DNA of 64,000 nucleotides from Candidatus Enterousia sp. (GTDB lineage Bacteria; Pseudomonadota; Alphaproteobacteria; Rs-D84): NCBI GenBank assembly GCA_045613445.1, contig JAZLAZ010000012.1, positions 7,519 to 71,518 of the forward strand, read 5' to 3'. Shown piece by piece: positions 1 to 9,031 of this stretch (position 1 is its first letter; each line of letters starts with the position of its first letter). The notes under the pieces were generated by a model. It saw only the letters and a program-made list of their open reading frames with translations, ran no database searches and was not told where the DNA came from. The position numbers and the translations under genes were made by a program.

Positions 1-498
1 TTCAGAACAATCAATCAACTGTATCGAATCGTTATCGCCAATCGCGGTCTTGATTTCATTAACAACAGTACCATCATCAAACGCGATAATATTTTTAACA
101 TCTGCTGTTTTAATACGAAATTTAATATCTTCGGATTTTAATTGATTTGTTGATGGAATTGGAATCGCCCCCAATTTATGCATCGCCATCATAACAACCC
201 AATATTCCCATCTGCGCCGCATAAACAACAACACAGCATCACCTTTTTTGATACCGCGCGCAGTCAAGAAATTCGCAACAGCCCCTGACATTTCTGACAG
301 CATTTTAAATGTAATCGATTTTTTTTCGCCGCTATCATTCACCCACAAAACCGCAACCTTGTCTGGATTTTCATTTGCAATAACATCCAGAACATCATAC
401 GCAAAATTAAAGTTTTCAGGCACAACCACTGCAGCGTTTTGAATATAATCATCATAATTATCAAATTTTTCTTTTTTCAAAAAACGCTTTATAAACAT
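1..498 (-). CDS. AMP-binding acyl/acetyl-CoA synthetase, N-terminal part (runs off the window edge; not in the ORF track)
   Basis: Manual translation from ATG at 498: MFIKRFLKKEKFDNYDDYIQNAAVVVPENFNFAYDVLDVIANENPDKVAVLWVNDSGEKKSITF...GIKKGDAVLLFMRRRWEYWVVMMAMHKLGAIPIP. Open to base 1 and typical of medium-chain acyl-CoA ligases. Confidence 0.8.
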   Translation of the reverse strand, partial: MFIKRFLKKEKFDNYDDYIQNAAVVVPENFNFAYDVLDVIANENPDKVAVLWVNDSGEKKSITFKMLSEMSGAVANFLTARGIKKGDAVLLFMRRRWEYWVVMMAMHKLGAIPIPSTNQLKSEDIKFRIKTADVKNIIAFDDGTVVNEIKTAIGDNDSIQLIDCSE

Positions 499-619
499 AT
501 TTTTTCCTTTTTGTTATGCAATTATAAATATGGTGCATATACGAAAAAATACAAGAAAAAAATTTTCAAAAAAATATTGCAATCAATACAAATCAGTCGC
601 ATAATTTCCGAACATTTAT

Positions 620-696
<77 letters not shown>

Positions 697-717
697 GATT
701 TATATAAAAGGAAAACA

Positions 718-1119
718 ATGTTCAGATATGAAAAAGTTTGTTCAGGCTGTGAAAAACAGTGTAAATTACAAAACAATGGATCTTTTTGGAACTATCCACA
801 AATTGCAGATACTATATTCCATCACATTGACAGATTACATTCAGAATTTGATGCTGTTGATTATGCAGAAAAACTGTCTACGATTTGCGAACACTATGGC
901 ACAACAGATCAACCAAGTGTTGTTGATAAACATTTCAAAGAAAAAGAAATGTGCGATGGATGCGATATGCATTGCAGAATCAAAGCAGTTGAATCAGGAC
1001 AAAATTACGAAATACAAATTGGTCCAGACAAAACTTCTGCTTTCAGATTAAAAAATAAATACGACGCACTTATCAAAGCATTCGACTTGGTAAAACATTG
1101 CGCACACCGAACAAAATAA
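718..1119 (+). CDS. Hypothetical Cys-rich protein with two tandem CxGCxxxC...C domains
   Basis: 133-aa ORF with purine-rich RBS (AAGGAAA) and followed by a terminator. Motifs CSGCEKQC...ICEHY and CDGCDMHC...HCAHR. Confidence 0.75.
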   Translation: MFRYEKVCSGCEKQCKLQNNGSFWNYPQIADTIFHHIDRLHSEFDAVDYAEKLSTICEHYGTTDQPSVVDKHFKEKEMCDGCDMHCRIKAVESGQNYEIQIGPDKTSAFRLKNKYDALIKAFDLVKHCAHRTK

Positions 1120-1151
1120 AAAACCGCCCAATCGGGCGGTGTTTTTTAACG
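1115..1151. terminator. Bidirectional intrinsic terminator, copy 1 of a 37-bp identical repeat
   Basis: AAAAAA-CCGCCC-AATC-GGGCGG-TG-TTTTTT between convergent genes. Identical to 2350..2386. Confidence 0.85.
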
Positions 1152-1162
1152 ACAATATATCA

Positions 1163-2077
1163 TCAACGTTCTTTTGCTGCAGCCATCTCCATAATTTCTG
1201 ACGGTATAGAACGTTCATCAAACAAATCTAAAACCATCTGTAAATCTTCAGGATGAGCTTTTAAGTGACCTTCCATAATTTTTACAGCTGTTTCAAACGA
1301 AACACTTTTTTCACCGTTTATTATTTGCTGAAAACACCTTGCATTTTGACCTGACATATGTGAAATAATTTTACCAATCATATCTTTATTGACAAATTCT
1401 TGCATCTTTATATCAACAAGATTATTCTGCTGCCACAAAATCAATAATTTTTTTATATCATTTATTTTATTTTTTTTATCTTTTGACGCACCAGAAATCA
1501 AACCCGCTGCTGCAGTAATAACCATCGCTAATCCAGCATAAGCCCTTAAAACCCTCCAATCCTGATTACTCAACGCAATATAAGATTCTTTCCGGAATAT
1601 ATTAGCAAAATTATATGTTTCCAAAGTTGGATTCGTAAAATATCTTGCAGCACCCAATGCCCCAGAACCTGTATTTTCTGCTGTTTTTTCTGCAGCTTCA
1701 AAATCACTTCCAGACAAAGCTAGTTCAAAAAAATTAATCCCCTTGTCGTAACCATCCGCATCTTTACCAGGTTCCACATGTCCAAACAACCATATTCCAT
1801 GCATAATACCCAAAAATATAAGTTGCTTATAAACAAATCCCTTTAACCCCATTTTCAAATTTTGAACCTTATCACCAAATTTTTGATAAAATTCTTCAAC
1901 AACACTATTAAATTCTTGCTCCTGACGTTTCTGTTCTTTTTTAGCATTAAGTCGATTTTCTGCTTCAAGAAAAGCCTCACGTTCTTTTTTTGCTTTTTCC
2001 TCTGCCTCACGCTTTGCTTGTTCTTTTTTTTGTACATCCTGCTCTGTAACCCCAGGAAACAATTTTTTATCTGCCAT
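1163..2077 (-). CDS. Hypothetical membrane protein (charged N-terminal coiled coil, two hydrophobic segments)
   Basis: Long ORF. Start placed at ATG 2077 (MADKK) because AAGGAG lies at 2085-2090. The track's 2134 start falls inside the upstream RNA structure. Confidence 0.75.
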   Translation of the reverse strand: MADKKLFPGVTEQDVQKKEQAKREAEEKAKKEREAFLEAENRLNAKKEQKRQEQEFNSVVEEFYQKFGDKVQNLKMGLKGFVYKQLIFLGIMHGIWLFGHVEPGKDADGYDKGINFFELALSGSDFEAAEKTAENTGSGALGAARYFTNPTLETYNFANIFRKESYIALSNQDWRVLRAYAGLAMVITAAAGLISGASKDKKNKINDIKKLLILWQQNNLVDIKMQEFVNKDMIGKIISHMSGQNARCFQQIINGEKSVSFETAVKIMEGHLKAHPEDLQMVLDLFDERSIPSEIMEMAAAKER

Positions 2078-2105
2078 AATATAACTCCTTAAAAAAAATA
2101 ACCGC

Positions 2106-2311
2106 TCCAAGAAAAAAGCGGTCGGGGAGTTCAAAAATCATATACCTTAATGATTCTGTAGTCTTTCGGATATCCGTATTTTATAACCAACAGCTCCCCG
2201 ACATAACATCAGGGACGATAACGGTGCAAAAAGACACCGAAACATCAGATTACGATGCTTTCGCACCGAAGGTATAAGGGCTTTTGACAACCCCGAACCC
2301 AATCTCTTGGA
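2106..2311 (-). ncRNA. Structured rod-like ncRNA, 6S RNA candidate
   Basis: Extended -10 TGATATAAT at 2330-2322. The 5' and 3' ends pair (UCCAAGAG/UUCUUGGA, GGUUCGGGG/CCCCGACC, UCAAAAG/UUUUUGA, UAUACCUU/AAGGUAUA). There is an asymmetric bubble with a GAAA-capped side hairpin, an apical stem CCCUGAU/GUCGGGG, and an overlapping terminator ACCGC...GCGGU-U tract. Folded by eye. Confidence 0.5.
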
Positions 2312-2349
2312 TTCAGTGTGAATTATATCATATAAAAGACACAAAAAAC

Positions 2350-2386
2350 AATAAAAAACCGCCCAATCGGGCGGTGTTTTTTAACG
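2350..2386. terminator. Intrinsic terminator, copy 2 of the 37-bp identical repeat
   Basis: Same 37 nt as 1115..1151. Overlaps the stop of the 2381..2698 ORF. Confidence 0.85.
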
Positions 2387-2698
2387 TGATTTATACAACG
2401 GACACAGTTCGGCAACACACTTTCGTGCGTTTTCCAAAACCTTGTCATGTATTTTTTCTAAATCTTTTTCATCACGAATCTTATCCCCTGGGATGCCCAC
2501 CTGTGGATAATAACGCTTGCCATCCTGGCCGATATATTCGGACACACCTATATTATTTAAAATATATGGTGTTGCAACAACAAATCCCGCTTTCCAGTTG
2601 TCTATATGTGACCACAAAATACACTCTGCATCACAACCAGTACACTTTTCTGTCTTGTTGCTTTCTTTGCCCACCAATACCATCTTGTCATCAAACAC
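2381..2698 (-). CDS. Hypothetical protein with one CxGCxxxC...CP domain
   Basis: GTG start overlaps the fabF stop (TAGTG). Motifs CTGCDAEC and LCPLYKSR. Terminator follows directly. Confidence 0.7.
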   Translation of the reverse strand: MFDDKMVLVGKESNKTEKCTGCDAECILWSHIDNWKAGFVVATPYILNNIGVSEYIGQDGKRYYPQVGIPGDKIRDEKDLEKIHDKVLENARKCVAELCPLYKSR

Positions 2699-3948
2699 TA
2701 TGCAACCCTTTTCAAGACCAATGATGCATTTGTTCCACCGAACCCAAATGAATTACTGATTGCAACATCAACCTTGCGTTGTTTTGCAACATGTGGAACC
2801 AAGTCAAAATTACCAACTGCATCTTCTGGATCATCCAAATTGATTGTTGGTGGCACAATACCATCTCGAATTGCAAGTGCGCTAAATATCGCTTCGACCG
2901 CGCCAGCTGCCCCCAACAAGTGACCTGTTACAGATTTTGTTGATGACATCGACACAGGCAAATCACCAAACAGTGTTTTAACAGCTGTCAATTCACCAAT
3001 ATCCCCCAAGCCTGTCGATGTACCATGTGCATTGATATAATCAACATCATTTGGTGTTAAACCTGCATCTTTGATTGCAGCCCGCATTGCACGCAGACCA
3101 CCTTCGCCTCCTTCGGCTGGGGCTGTGATATGATATGCATCACCAGACAAACCATAACCTGCAACTTCGGCATAGATTTTTGCACCACGTTTTACCGCAT
3201 GTTCGTATTCTTCCAGAACCAAGATACCGGCACCTTCGGACATAATAAATCCATCACGATTTTTATCCCATGGACGCGATGCTTTTTCTGGCGCGTCATT
3301 ACGCGTACTTAGTGCGCGCATCGCAGAAAATCCCGCCAATCCGATACGACCAACTGCCGCCTCTGCACCACCGCAAATCATAACATCCGCATCCCCATGT
3401 TGAATTAAACGCGCACCTTCGCCAATTGAATGCGCACCTGTGGCACACGCTGTTACAGTGGAAATATTTGGTCCTTTGAAACCATATCTAATCGAAACAT
3501 TACCCGCAGTCATATTGATAATACCCTTTGGAATAAAGAAAGGACTTACCCTGCGTGGACCACCAGTATGCAGTTCAATACAATTTTCATAAATCGTATT
3601 TAGCCCCCCAATTCCACTGCCAATTGAAACACCGATGCGTTCTTTATCACCTTCATAATTATCCAGTCCTGCATCTTTGATTGCTTCGTCTGCTGCAACA
3701 ATTCCATAAACAATAGACTTGTCCAACTTGCGCTGTTCACGTGGTTCAACAACTAAATCAGGATTAAACATACCAGGTTCTGTTCCCACCTGTGGCACAC
3801 CTGCAATCTGTGATGCCAAATCAGACACATCAAAAGAATCTATTTTTTTCACACCAGACTTACCTGCCAATACATTTTTCCATGCATATTCTATCCCAGT
3901 TCCAACAGGTGAAACAATTCCCATACCAGTAATTACAACTCTTTTCAT
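2698..3948 (-). CDS. fabF: 3-oxoacyl-ACP synthase II
   Basis: MKRVVITGMG start, catalytic ACATG, HGTST and GHLLGAAG motifs, NSFGFGG; next to acpP. Confidence 0.97.
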   Translation of the reverse strand: MKRVVITGMGIVSPVGTGIEYAWKNVLAGKSGVKKIDSFDVSDLASQIAGVPQVGTEPGMFNPDLVVEPREQRKLDKSIVYGIVAADEAIKDAGLDNYEGDKERIGVSIGSGIGGLNTIYENCIELHTGGPRRVSPFFIPKGIINMTAGNVSIRYGFKGPNISTVTACATGAHSIGEGARLIQHGDADVMICGGAEAAVGRIGLAGFSAMRALSTRNDAPEKASRPWDKNRDGFIMSEGAGILVLEEYEHAVKRGAKIYAEVAGYGLSGDAYHITAPAEGGEGGLRAMRAAIKDAGLTPNDVDYINAHGTSTGLGDIGELTAVKTLFGDLPVSMSSTKSVTGHLLGAAGAVEAIFSALAIRDGIVPPTINLDDPEDAVGNFDLVPHVAKQRKVDVAISNSFGFGGTNASLVLKRVA

Positions 3949-4070
3949 AATTTATATCCCTTTATATATTGAACATACGCCTGTATCATAACTGTTTTTA
4001 TATAAAATTGCAGTAAAAAAATCCGCTGGTAAAAACACCAACGGATTTATAACTTACACGAAACCAAGAT

Positions 4071-4307
4071 TTAGTTTTTCTTGTTTGCTTCGATGTATTT
4101 AACAGCATCACCAACAGTTTCCAATTTTGCAGCAGCATCATCTGGAATAGTGATATCGAATTCTTTTTCAACTTCCATAACGAATTCTACGACATCCAAA
4201 GAGTCTGCACCCAAATCATTTACAAATGCAGCTGTTTCTGTAACTTTTTCTTCTGGAACACCCAATTTATCAGCTACGATTTTTTTAACTTGTTCAAAAG
4301 TTGTCAT
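4071..4307 (-). CDS. acpP: Acyl carrier protein
   Basis: 78 aa, acidic, [11 protein letters not shown] phosphopantetheine site. Confidence 0.97.
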   Translation of the reverse strand: MTTFEQVKKIVADKLGVPEEKVTETAAFVNDLGADSLDVVEFVMEVEKEFDITIPDDAAAKLETVGDAVKYIEANKKN

Positions 4308-4422
4308 CTTTTTTTCCTTTATTTTAGTTAAACTTTTTGGTCCTTACCTTGACCGTCATTATGGTACAGCCTATCATTTTCATACCATACTGTCAAGCAA
4401 TTATAACAAATGGTAACAAAAG

Positions 4423-5445
4423 CTATAGTTTATAGTCCAATACACCATCAGATAAAATATCATCCAAAAGCGCATTTAAATTCATACGAAACTCTTCTTT
4501 ATCAGAAGACCAAACGACCTGACGCATCAAAAATTTATACACATCATCCATTGTTAAATTTGGGATGCCTGCCTGTATTACAATTCGTTTCCATGATGTT
4601 CGCGGATCAATCAAATGCATACCACCATTACTTGGAAACACCCAATCTCCATCTTGGGGTAAATCCCGCAATAACAATATAGCCCTGTCTGACAATGGTC
4701 GCGAATTCCACATATCATGATTAAAATCTAAATCATCCCACGCCATTGAAAATATTTTTGACCGTGGCGCAAATCCGTACACCAGCATTAAAAAAGCGCC
4801 ACGTAAAACCACATCTTCTTGTTTTTCTATTACCTGTACCAGCTTTCTAAGTCCAGATTTATTCAACGGACGCACGCGACGAACATGTTCCTTTTTTTCT
4901 AAATCTGTAGCAGGGTTTTGTTTTACATACCCCTGTTCAATTGCATATTTGAAAATACTTTGCAGCAATTCTTGGATACGCGCTGCAATCGCAGGCCCTG
5001 ATATTTTTGAGATAACAAATTTCAAATCATCTAACGATATCTCTGAAATATTTTTATCGAACAAATCCGACAAGTGTCGTTCAACAGAACGCAATAATTT
5101 CATATAAGAATCTTCTGTTCTACGAACTTTATTTTTAAGATACAGATCTAAGAATTCTTTGAACTGTATTTTTTTTCTGCGCACGATGACTTTTTTAGAT
5201 GCGCTTTCCAAGACCACAGGAACAGCATTTCGTGCATCATCAACATCAATTTCTGGGTAATTACCAATAATAATTCTTTTATCTTTACCATTTACACGTT
5301 TACGAACAAAAAAGGTTTTAACACCACGACTAGTTACATATAAACGCAATCTTGAATCTTCCATATCTTGCACGACATCAAATCCCTTGGCTGGTGCAGG
5401 CAAGTTATCCAAGATATATGTATTAAAATAAAATTGGTGTGCCAT
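4423..5445 (-). CDS. P4-family integrase homolog (arm-binding domain plus tyrosine-recombinase fold), predicted catalytically inactive
   Basis: N-terminal LRLYVTSRGVKTFFVRKRVNGKDKRIIIGNYPEIDVDDAR (Arm-DNA-binding type), YAIEQGYVKQNPA, SMAWDDLDF and WVFPS. Catalytic boxes are altered: GFAPRS for TGxRRS, DDVY for HDLR, and no LGH...Y segment. Confidence 0.8.
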   Translation of the reverse strand: MAHQFYFNTYILDNLPAPAKGFDVVQDMEDSRLRLYVTSRGVKTFFVRKRVNGKDKRIIIGNYPEIDVDDARNAVPVVLESASKKVIVRRKKIQFKEFLDLYLKNKVRRTEDSYMKLLRSVERHLSDLFDKNISEISLDDLKFVISKISGPAIAARIQELLQSIFKYAIEQGYVKQNPATDLEKKEHVRRVRPLNKSGLRKLVQVIEKQEDVVLRGAFLMLVYGFAPRSKIFSMAWDDLDFNHDMWNSRPLSDRAILLLRDLPQDGDWVFPSNGGMHLIDPRTSWKRIVIQAGIPNLTMDDVYKFLMRQVVWSSDKEEFRMNLNALLDDILSDGVLDYKL

Positions 5446-5462
5446 ATTTGGCCCCCTTATGT

Positions 5463-5897
5463 TTATTTTATTTTTTGACTGAATTTATTTTTCCAGAAAT
5501 TATTTCTTTTATTTGAAATCCGTTTTAATTCTTGCAGCATATCAAAATAATATTTATTTGCAGGATACGCGCCACACTGTTTACATGGACACAATTGTTC
5601 ATCATCAATTGGCACAAATTTTGTACAGCGCGCATTATCATATATCTTTAACATATATTCAAATTCTGCGCTATCAATTGGTTTTGCGCGTCCATACATC
5701 ACCCGTTTTTTCAGACACGCGTGCACTTCATCATAAGAATCTTCTTCAAAAAAAGTTCGACTGACATGTATTTTGGCATAATCTAAATTAGCCTGTGCCC
5801 TGCGCAAATCCTGTTTCAAGGTTCTGAATTCAAACCAATCTTGTTTTTTTTGAACCCATGTAGTTTTCACTAAATAAACAAACCAATTCATAATCAA
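5463..5897 (-). CDS. Hypothetical protein (CPCKQC motif)
   Basis: 144-aa ORF fills the gap between lepA (11 nt) and the integrase homolog (17 nt) on the same strand. Confidence 0.7.
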   Translation of the reverse strand: MIMNWFVYLVKTTWVQKKQDWFEFRTLKQDLRRAQANLDYAKIHVSRTFFEEDSYDEVHACLKKRVMYGRAKPIDSAEFEYMLKIYDNARCTKFVPIDDEQLCPCKQCGAYPANKYYFDMLQELKRISNKRNNFWKNKFSQKIK

Positions 5898-5908
5898 CCC
5901 TTTTGGTT

Positions 5909-7702
5909 TTAAGATACTTTCAACGCATTGATAAACGCGGATTGCGGAATTTCTACATTACCAAAAGAACGCATACGTTTTTTACCTTCTTTTTGTTTTT
6001 CCAACAATTTACGTTTACGAGTTATATCCCCCCCATAGCACTTTGCAGTAACATCTTTTCTGTACGCAGCGATTGTTTCGCGTGCGATAATTTTTCCACC
6101 AATTGCGGCCTGCAGTGGAATTTTGAATTGATGTCTTGGAATCAAGTCTTTTAATTTTTCAACAATTTGGCGTCCACGTTTTTCTGCGAAAGACCTGTGG
6201 CACATAAAAGACAATGGTTCAACATTTTCTTCATTTACCAAAATATTTACTTTCACCAAATCGGACGCTTGATACCCATATACGACATAATCGAATGACG
6301 CATACCCAGACGATATAGACTTTACCCTGTCATAGAAATCGAACACTATTTCCGCCAACGGCAATTGATACACCAGCACAGCGCGATTCCCAACATAAGA
6401 AATATTTTCTTGCACACCGCGTCTTTCTGCGCACAGCGACATAATACCGCCCATATATTTATCCGGCATCATAATTGTTGCACGCACCCATGGTTCTTCG
6501 ATAGATGCGATTCGTGTTGCTTCTGGCATATCCGCAGGATTTTCCAGATCAATTACTTCGCCATTACGCATATGAATTTTATACAGCACACTTGGCACAG
6601 TATTTATCAGATTCAAATTAAATTCACGTGACAAACGTTCACTGATAATTTCCATGTGCAACAATCCCAAGAAACCACAACGTAAACCAAATCCCAACGC
6701 GGACGATTTTTCCACAGTAAACATAAATGACGCATCATTTAACGCCAATTTTTCTGCACTTTCACGGAAAGTTGGGTAATCATCTGCCTCTACTGGAAAG
6801 AACGAAGAAAACACGACTGGAACAGATGGTTTGAATCCAGGCAGCATTTGTGCATTTTCTGATTTGGCATCAACGATTGTGTCCCCTACCTTGCAGTCAT
6901 GAATTGTTTTCATACCTGTGATAATAAATCCGATTTCACCGGTATTTAGTCTATCTACATTGACCATTTTCGGTGTAAAGTAGCCGATTTTATCGACGAC
7001 ATATTCTGCACCTGTTGCCATAAATTTAATTTTCTGTCCGCGTGACAAAGCCCCATCAACAACCCGCACAAGAATCACAACCCCCAGATAAGAATCGTAC
7101 CAAGAATCAACCAACAGTGCGCGTGTTGACGCATTTTCATCACCGTGTGGTGGTGGTAATTTATTTACAATTTCCTCTAACAATTCGGGCACACCATCAC
7201 CTGTTTTTCCAGACACAGCCAACGCATCATTTGCATCCAAACCGATAACATCTGCGATTTGTTCACGCGTTCCTGCAACATCACTGGATGGCAAGTCAAT
7301 TTTATTCAGCACCGGCAGCATTTCCAAATCATTATCCAATGCCAAATAAGCATTTGCCAATGTTTGCGCCTGTACCCCTTGGGTTGCATCGACCAAGACC
7401 AATGCACCTTCACATGCGGCCAACGAACGCGACACTTCATAAGAAAAGTCCACATGCCCTGGTGTATCCATCAGATTCAACTGATAGACTTCGCCATTTT
7501 TTGCCTTGTAATTCAAGCGCACTGTTTGCGCCTTGATTGTTATACCGCGTTCACGTTCAATATCCATAGAATCCAAGACCTGAGCCTTCATTTCACGGGA
7601 CTGCAAACCACCTGTAAATTCAATCAATCTGTCAGACAGTGTTGATTTACCGTGATCGATATGTGCAACGATGGAAAAATTTCGAATATTACTTTGTTTC
7701 AT
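5909..7702 (-). CDS. lepA: Translation elongation factor 4 (LepA)
   Basis: [50 protein letters not shown]. Confidence 0.98.
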   Translation of the reverse strand: MKQSNIRNFSIVAHIDHGKSTLSDRLIEFTGGLQSREMKAQVLDSMDIERERGITIKAQTVRLNYKAKNGEVYQLNLMDTPGHVDFSYEVSRSLAACEGALVLVDATQGVQAQTLANAYLALDNDLEMLPVLNKIDLPSSDVAGTREQIADVIGLDANDALAVSGKTGDGVPELLEEIVNKLPPPHGDENASTRALLVDSWYDSYLGVVILVRVVDGALSRGQKIKFMATGAEYVVDKIGYFTPKMVNVDRLNTGEIGFIITGMKTIHDCKVGDTIVDAKSENAQMLPGFKPSVPVVFSSFFPVEADDYPTFRESAEKLALNDASFMFTVEKSSALGFGLRCGFLGLLHMEIISERLSREFNLNLINTVPSVLYKIHMRNGEVIDLENPADMPEATRIASIEEPWVRATIMMPDKYMGGIMSLCAERRGVQENISYVGNRAVLVYQLPLAEIVFDFYDRVKSISSGYASFDYVVYGYQASDLVKVNILVNEENVEPLSFMCHRSFAEKRGRQIVEKLKDLIPRHQFKIPLQAAIGGKIIARETIAAYRKDVTAKCYGGDITRKRKLLEKQKEGKKRMRSFGNVEIPQSAFINALKVS

Positions 7703-7750
7703 GCGGCAATGATAAACCAGTATTACCGCAATCGCAAGGTATTTTTTTGA

Positions 7751-8101
7751 CTAATTCAAGTTATTTAACAGTGCATCGATTCGTGCAGCCCGTTCCAGCG
7801 TATCATCATATGCAAATTTAATATCAGGCACATATTTTTGATTCATGCGTGCAGCCAATTCGAATCGCACAGACCGCGTAATATCATCCAGTCTTTTTTG
7901 CACCATTTTAACATCTGGGTTACGGGTATAAAAGAACAAGCGCACAAACTGTAACCCACCATGCGCATCTGCCCCGACCAGTGACACACCACTGATAATT
8001 TTATCATCAGCATAAACATCGCGCAGAATTTCCGCAACCAATGTTTGTACCTTGCTTGCAATTCGTTCACCACGATTAGAATTAAAATGTTTTTTTTGCA
8101 T
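7751..8101 (-). CDS. rbfA: Ribosome-binding factor A
   Basis: RGERIAS...ELAARMNQKYVPDIKFAYDDT...RIDALL pattern, 116 aa. Confidence 0.85.
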   Translation of the reverse strand: MQKKHFNSNRGERIASKVQTLVAEILRDVYADDKIISGVSLVGADAHGGLQFVRLFFYTRNPDVKMVQKRLDDITRSVRFELAARMNQKYVPDIKFAYDDTLERAARIDALLNNLN

Positions 8102-8193
8102 ATATACAGTCTTTGTTATGTTATATTGATTGTAAAATATAAAATATTAAATTACAATCAAGTAAATTTTTTTAACAAGCACAGGGATTGGAC

Positions 8194-8769
8194 ATGAAAT
8201 TTTCAGAATATATATTAAAGAAATCCGAATCACGTAGATATTCATGGATTGTCTTTTTATTGACGATATGCGAATCGATATTCTTATTTATTCCCCCCGA
8301 AGTTTTCATGACCCCACCGATTATTGCGAATAAAAAGCGCGCATTACCGATAACTGTTGCGGCATCTTTGGGATCGATTGTTGGCGGTGCAATTGCATAC
8401 ATGATTGGCATGTGGCTGTATGATTCTGTTGGAATATGGCTGATTGAAACATTTTCGAATCCAGAATTGATTGAAACAGCGATAAAGCCTATGTTTTCAA
8501 AGTACGGCATAATGATAATTGTGCTGACAGCGGTAACCCCGATACCGTATAAATTACTGGCGATATGGTTGGGCTTTATTGGCTATCCGATACTTTTATT
8601 TTTGGCAGTATCTGCGATATTCCGCACAGGCCGTTTTGCAACGATTGCGACATTACTGTATTTTTTCCAAGAACGTGCAAACGCGATTGTGAACAAGTAC
8701 TTTTGGCCATTGACGATTGGTGCGATAATCGCGGCAATTTTGGGTATTGGTTTAATAAGTTTGTTCTAA
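8194..8769 (+). CDS. YqaA/DedA (VTT domain) membrane protein
   Basis: ESIFLFIPPEVF, ASLGSIVGGAIAYMIG, TPIPYK motifs; hydrophobic. Confidence 0.85.
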   Translation: MKFSEYILKKSESRRYSWIVFLLTICESIFLFIPPEVFMTPPIIANKKRALPITVAASLGSIVGGAIAYMIGMWLYDSVGIWLIETFSNPELIETAIKPMFSKYGIMIIVLTAVTPIPYKLLAIWLGFIGYPILLFLAVSAIFRTGRFATIATLLYFFQERANAIVNKYFWPLTIGAIIAAILGIGLISLF

Positions 8770-8997
8770 CAGAAAAAATAATACAAAAAACCACATGTGT
8801 TTTTTTCGCGACATAAAGTCGTCCATCAAATGATTTAAATTGCAAATAAAAAAACACACCTTTTCTGCACAGACACAACCACATTGTTTCATAAACACAT
8901 TATTCAATTCTCTGCCCCCTATAACCAGCAGAACATTGACACGCGATACTATCACAGATGCTTATTTATAACTCGCAAAATGCAAATTCATCATCAG

Positions 8998-9029
8998 AAA
9001 AAATCCCGCACTTGGCGGGATTTTTTTTT
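8998..9029 (-). terminator. Intrinsic terminator
   Basis: AAAAAA-TCCCGC-ACTTG-GCGGGA-T tract at the end of the 9032 gene. Confidence 0.75.
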
Positions 9030-9031
9030 AC

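Noticed and set aside
785-800. DnaA-box-like CTATCCACA as a sign of oriC
   Set aside because: A single imperfect box inside a coding region, with no cluster or unwinding element.
2106-2311. tmRNA, RNase P RNA, group I intron, hammerhead or SAM/TPP riboswitch
   Set aside because: It lacks a T-arm/CCA and tag frame, GAGGAAAGUCC, and a complete P7 pairing. CUGAUGU is not the CUGANGA core, and AUCCAAGAG is not followed by the rest of a SAM-I aptamer.
8752-8955. Cys-rich minus-strand ORF in the gap after yqaA
   Set aside because: No RBS, overlaps the yqaA stop, low-complexity T-rich translation, and the candidate promoter spacing (21 nt) is wrong. The ~230-nt gap remains unexplained.
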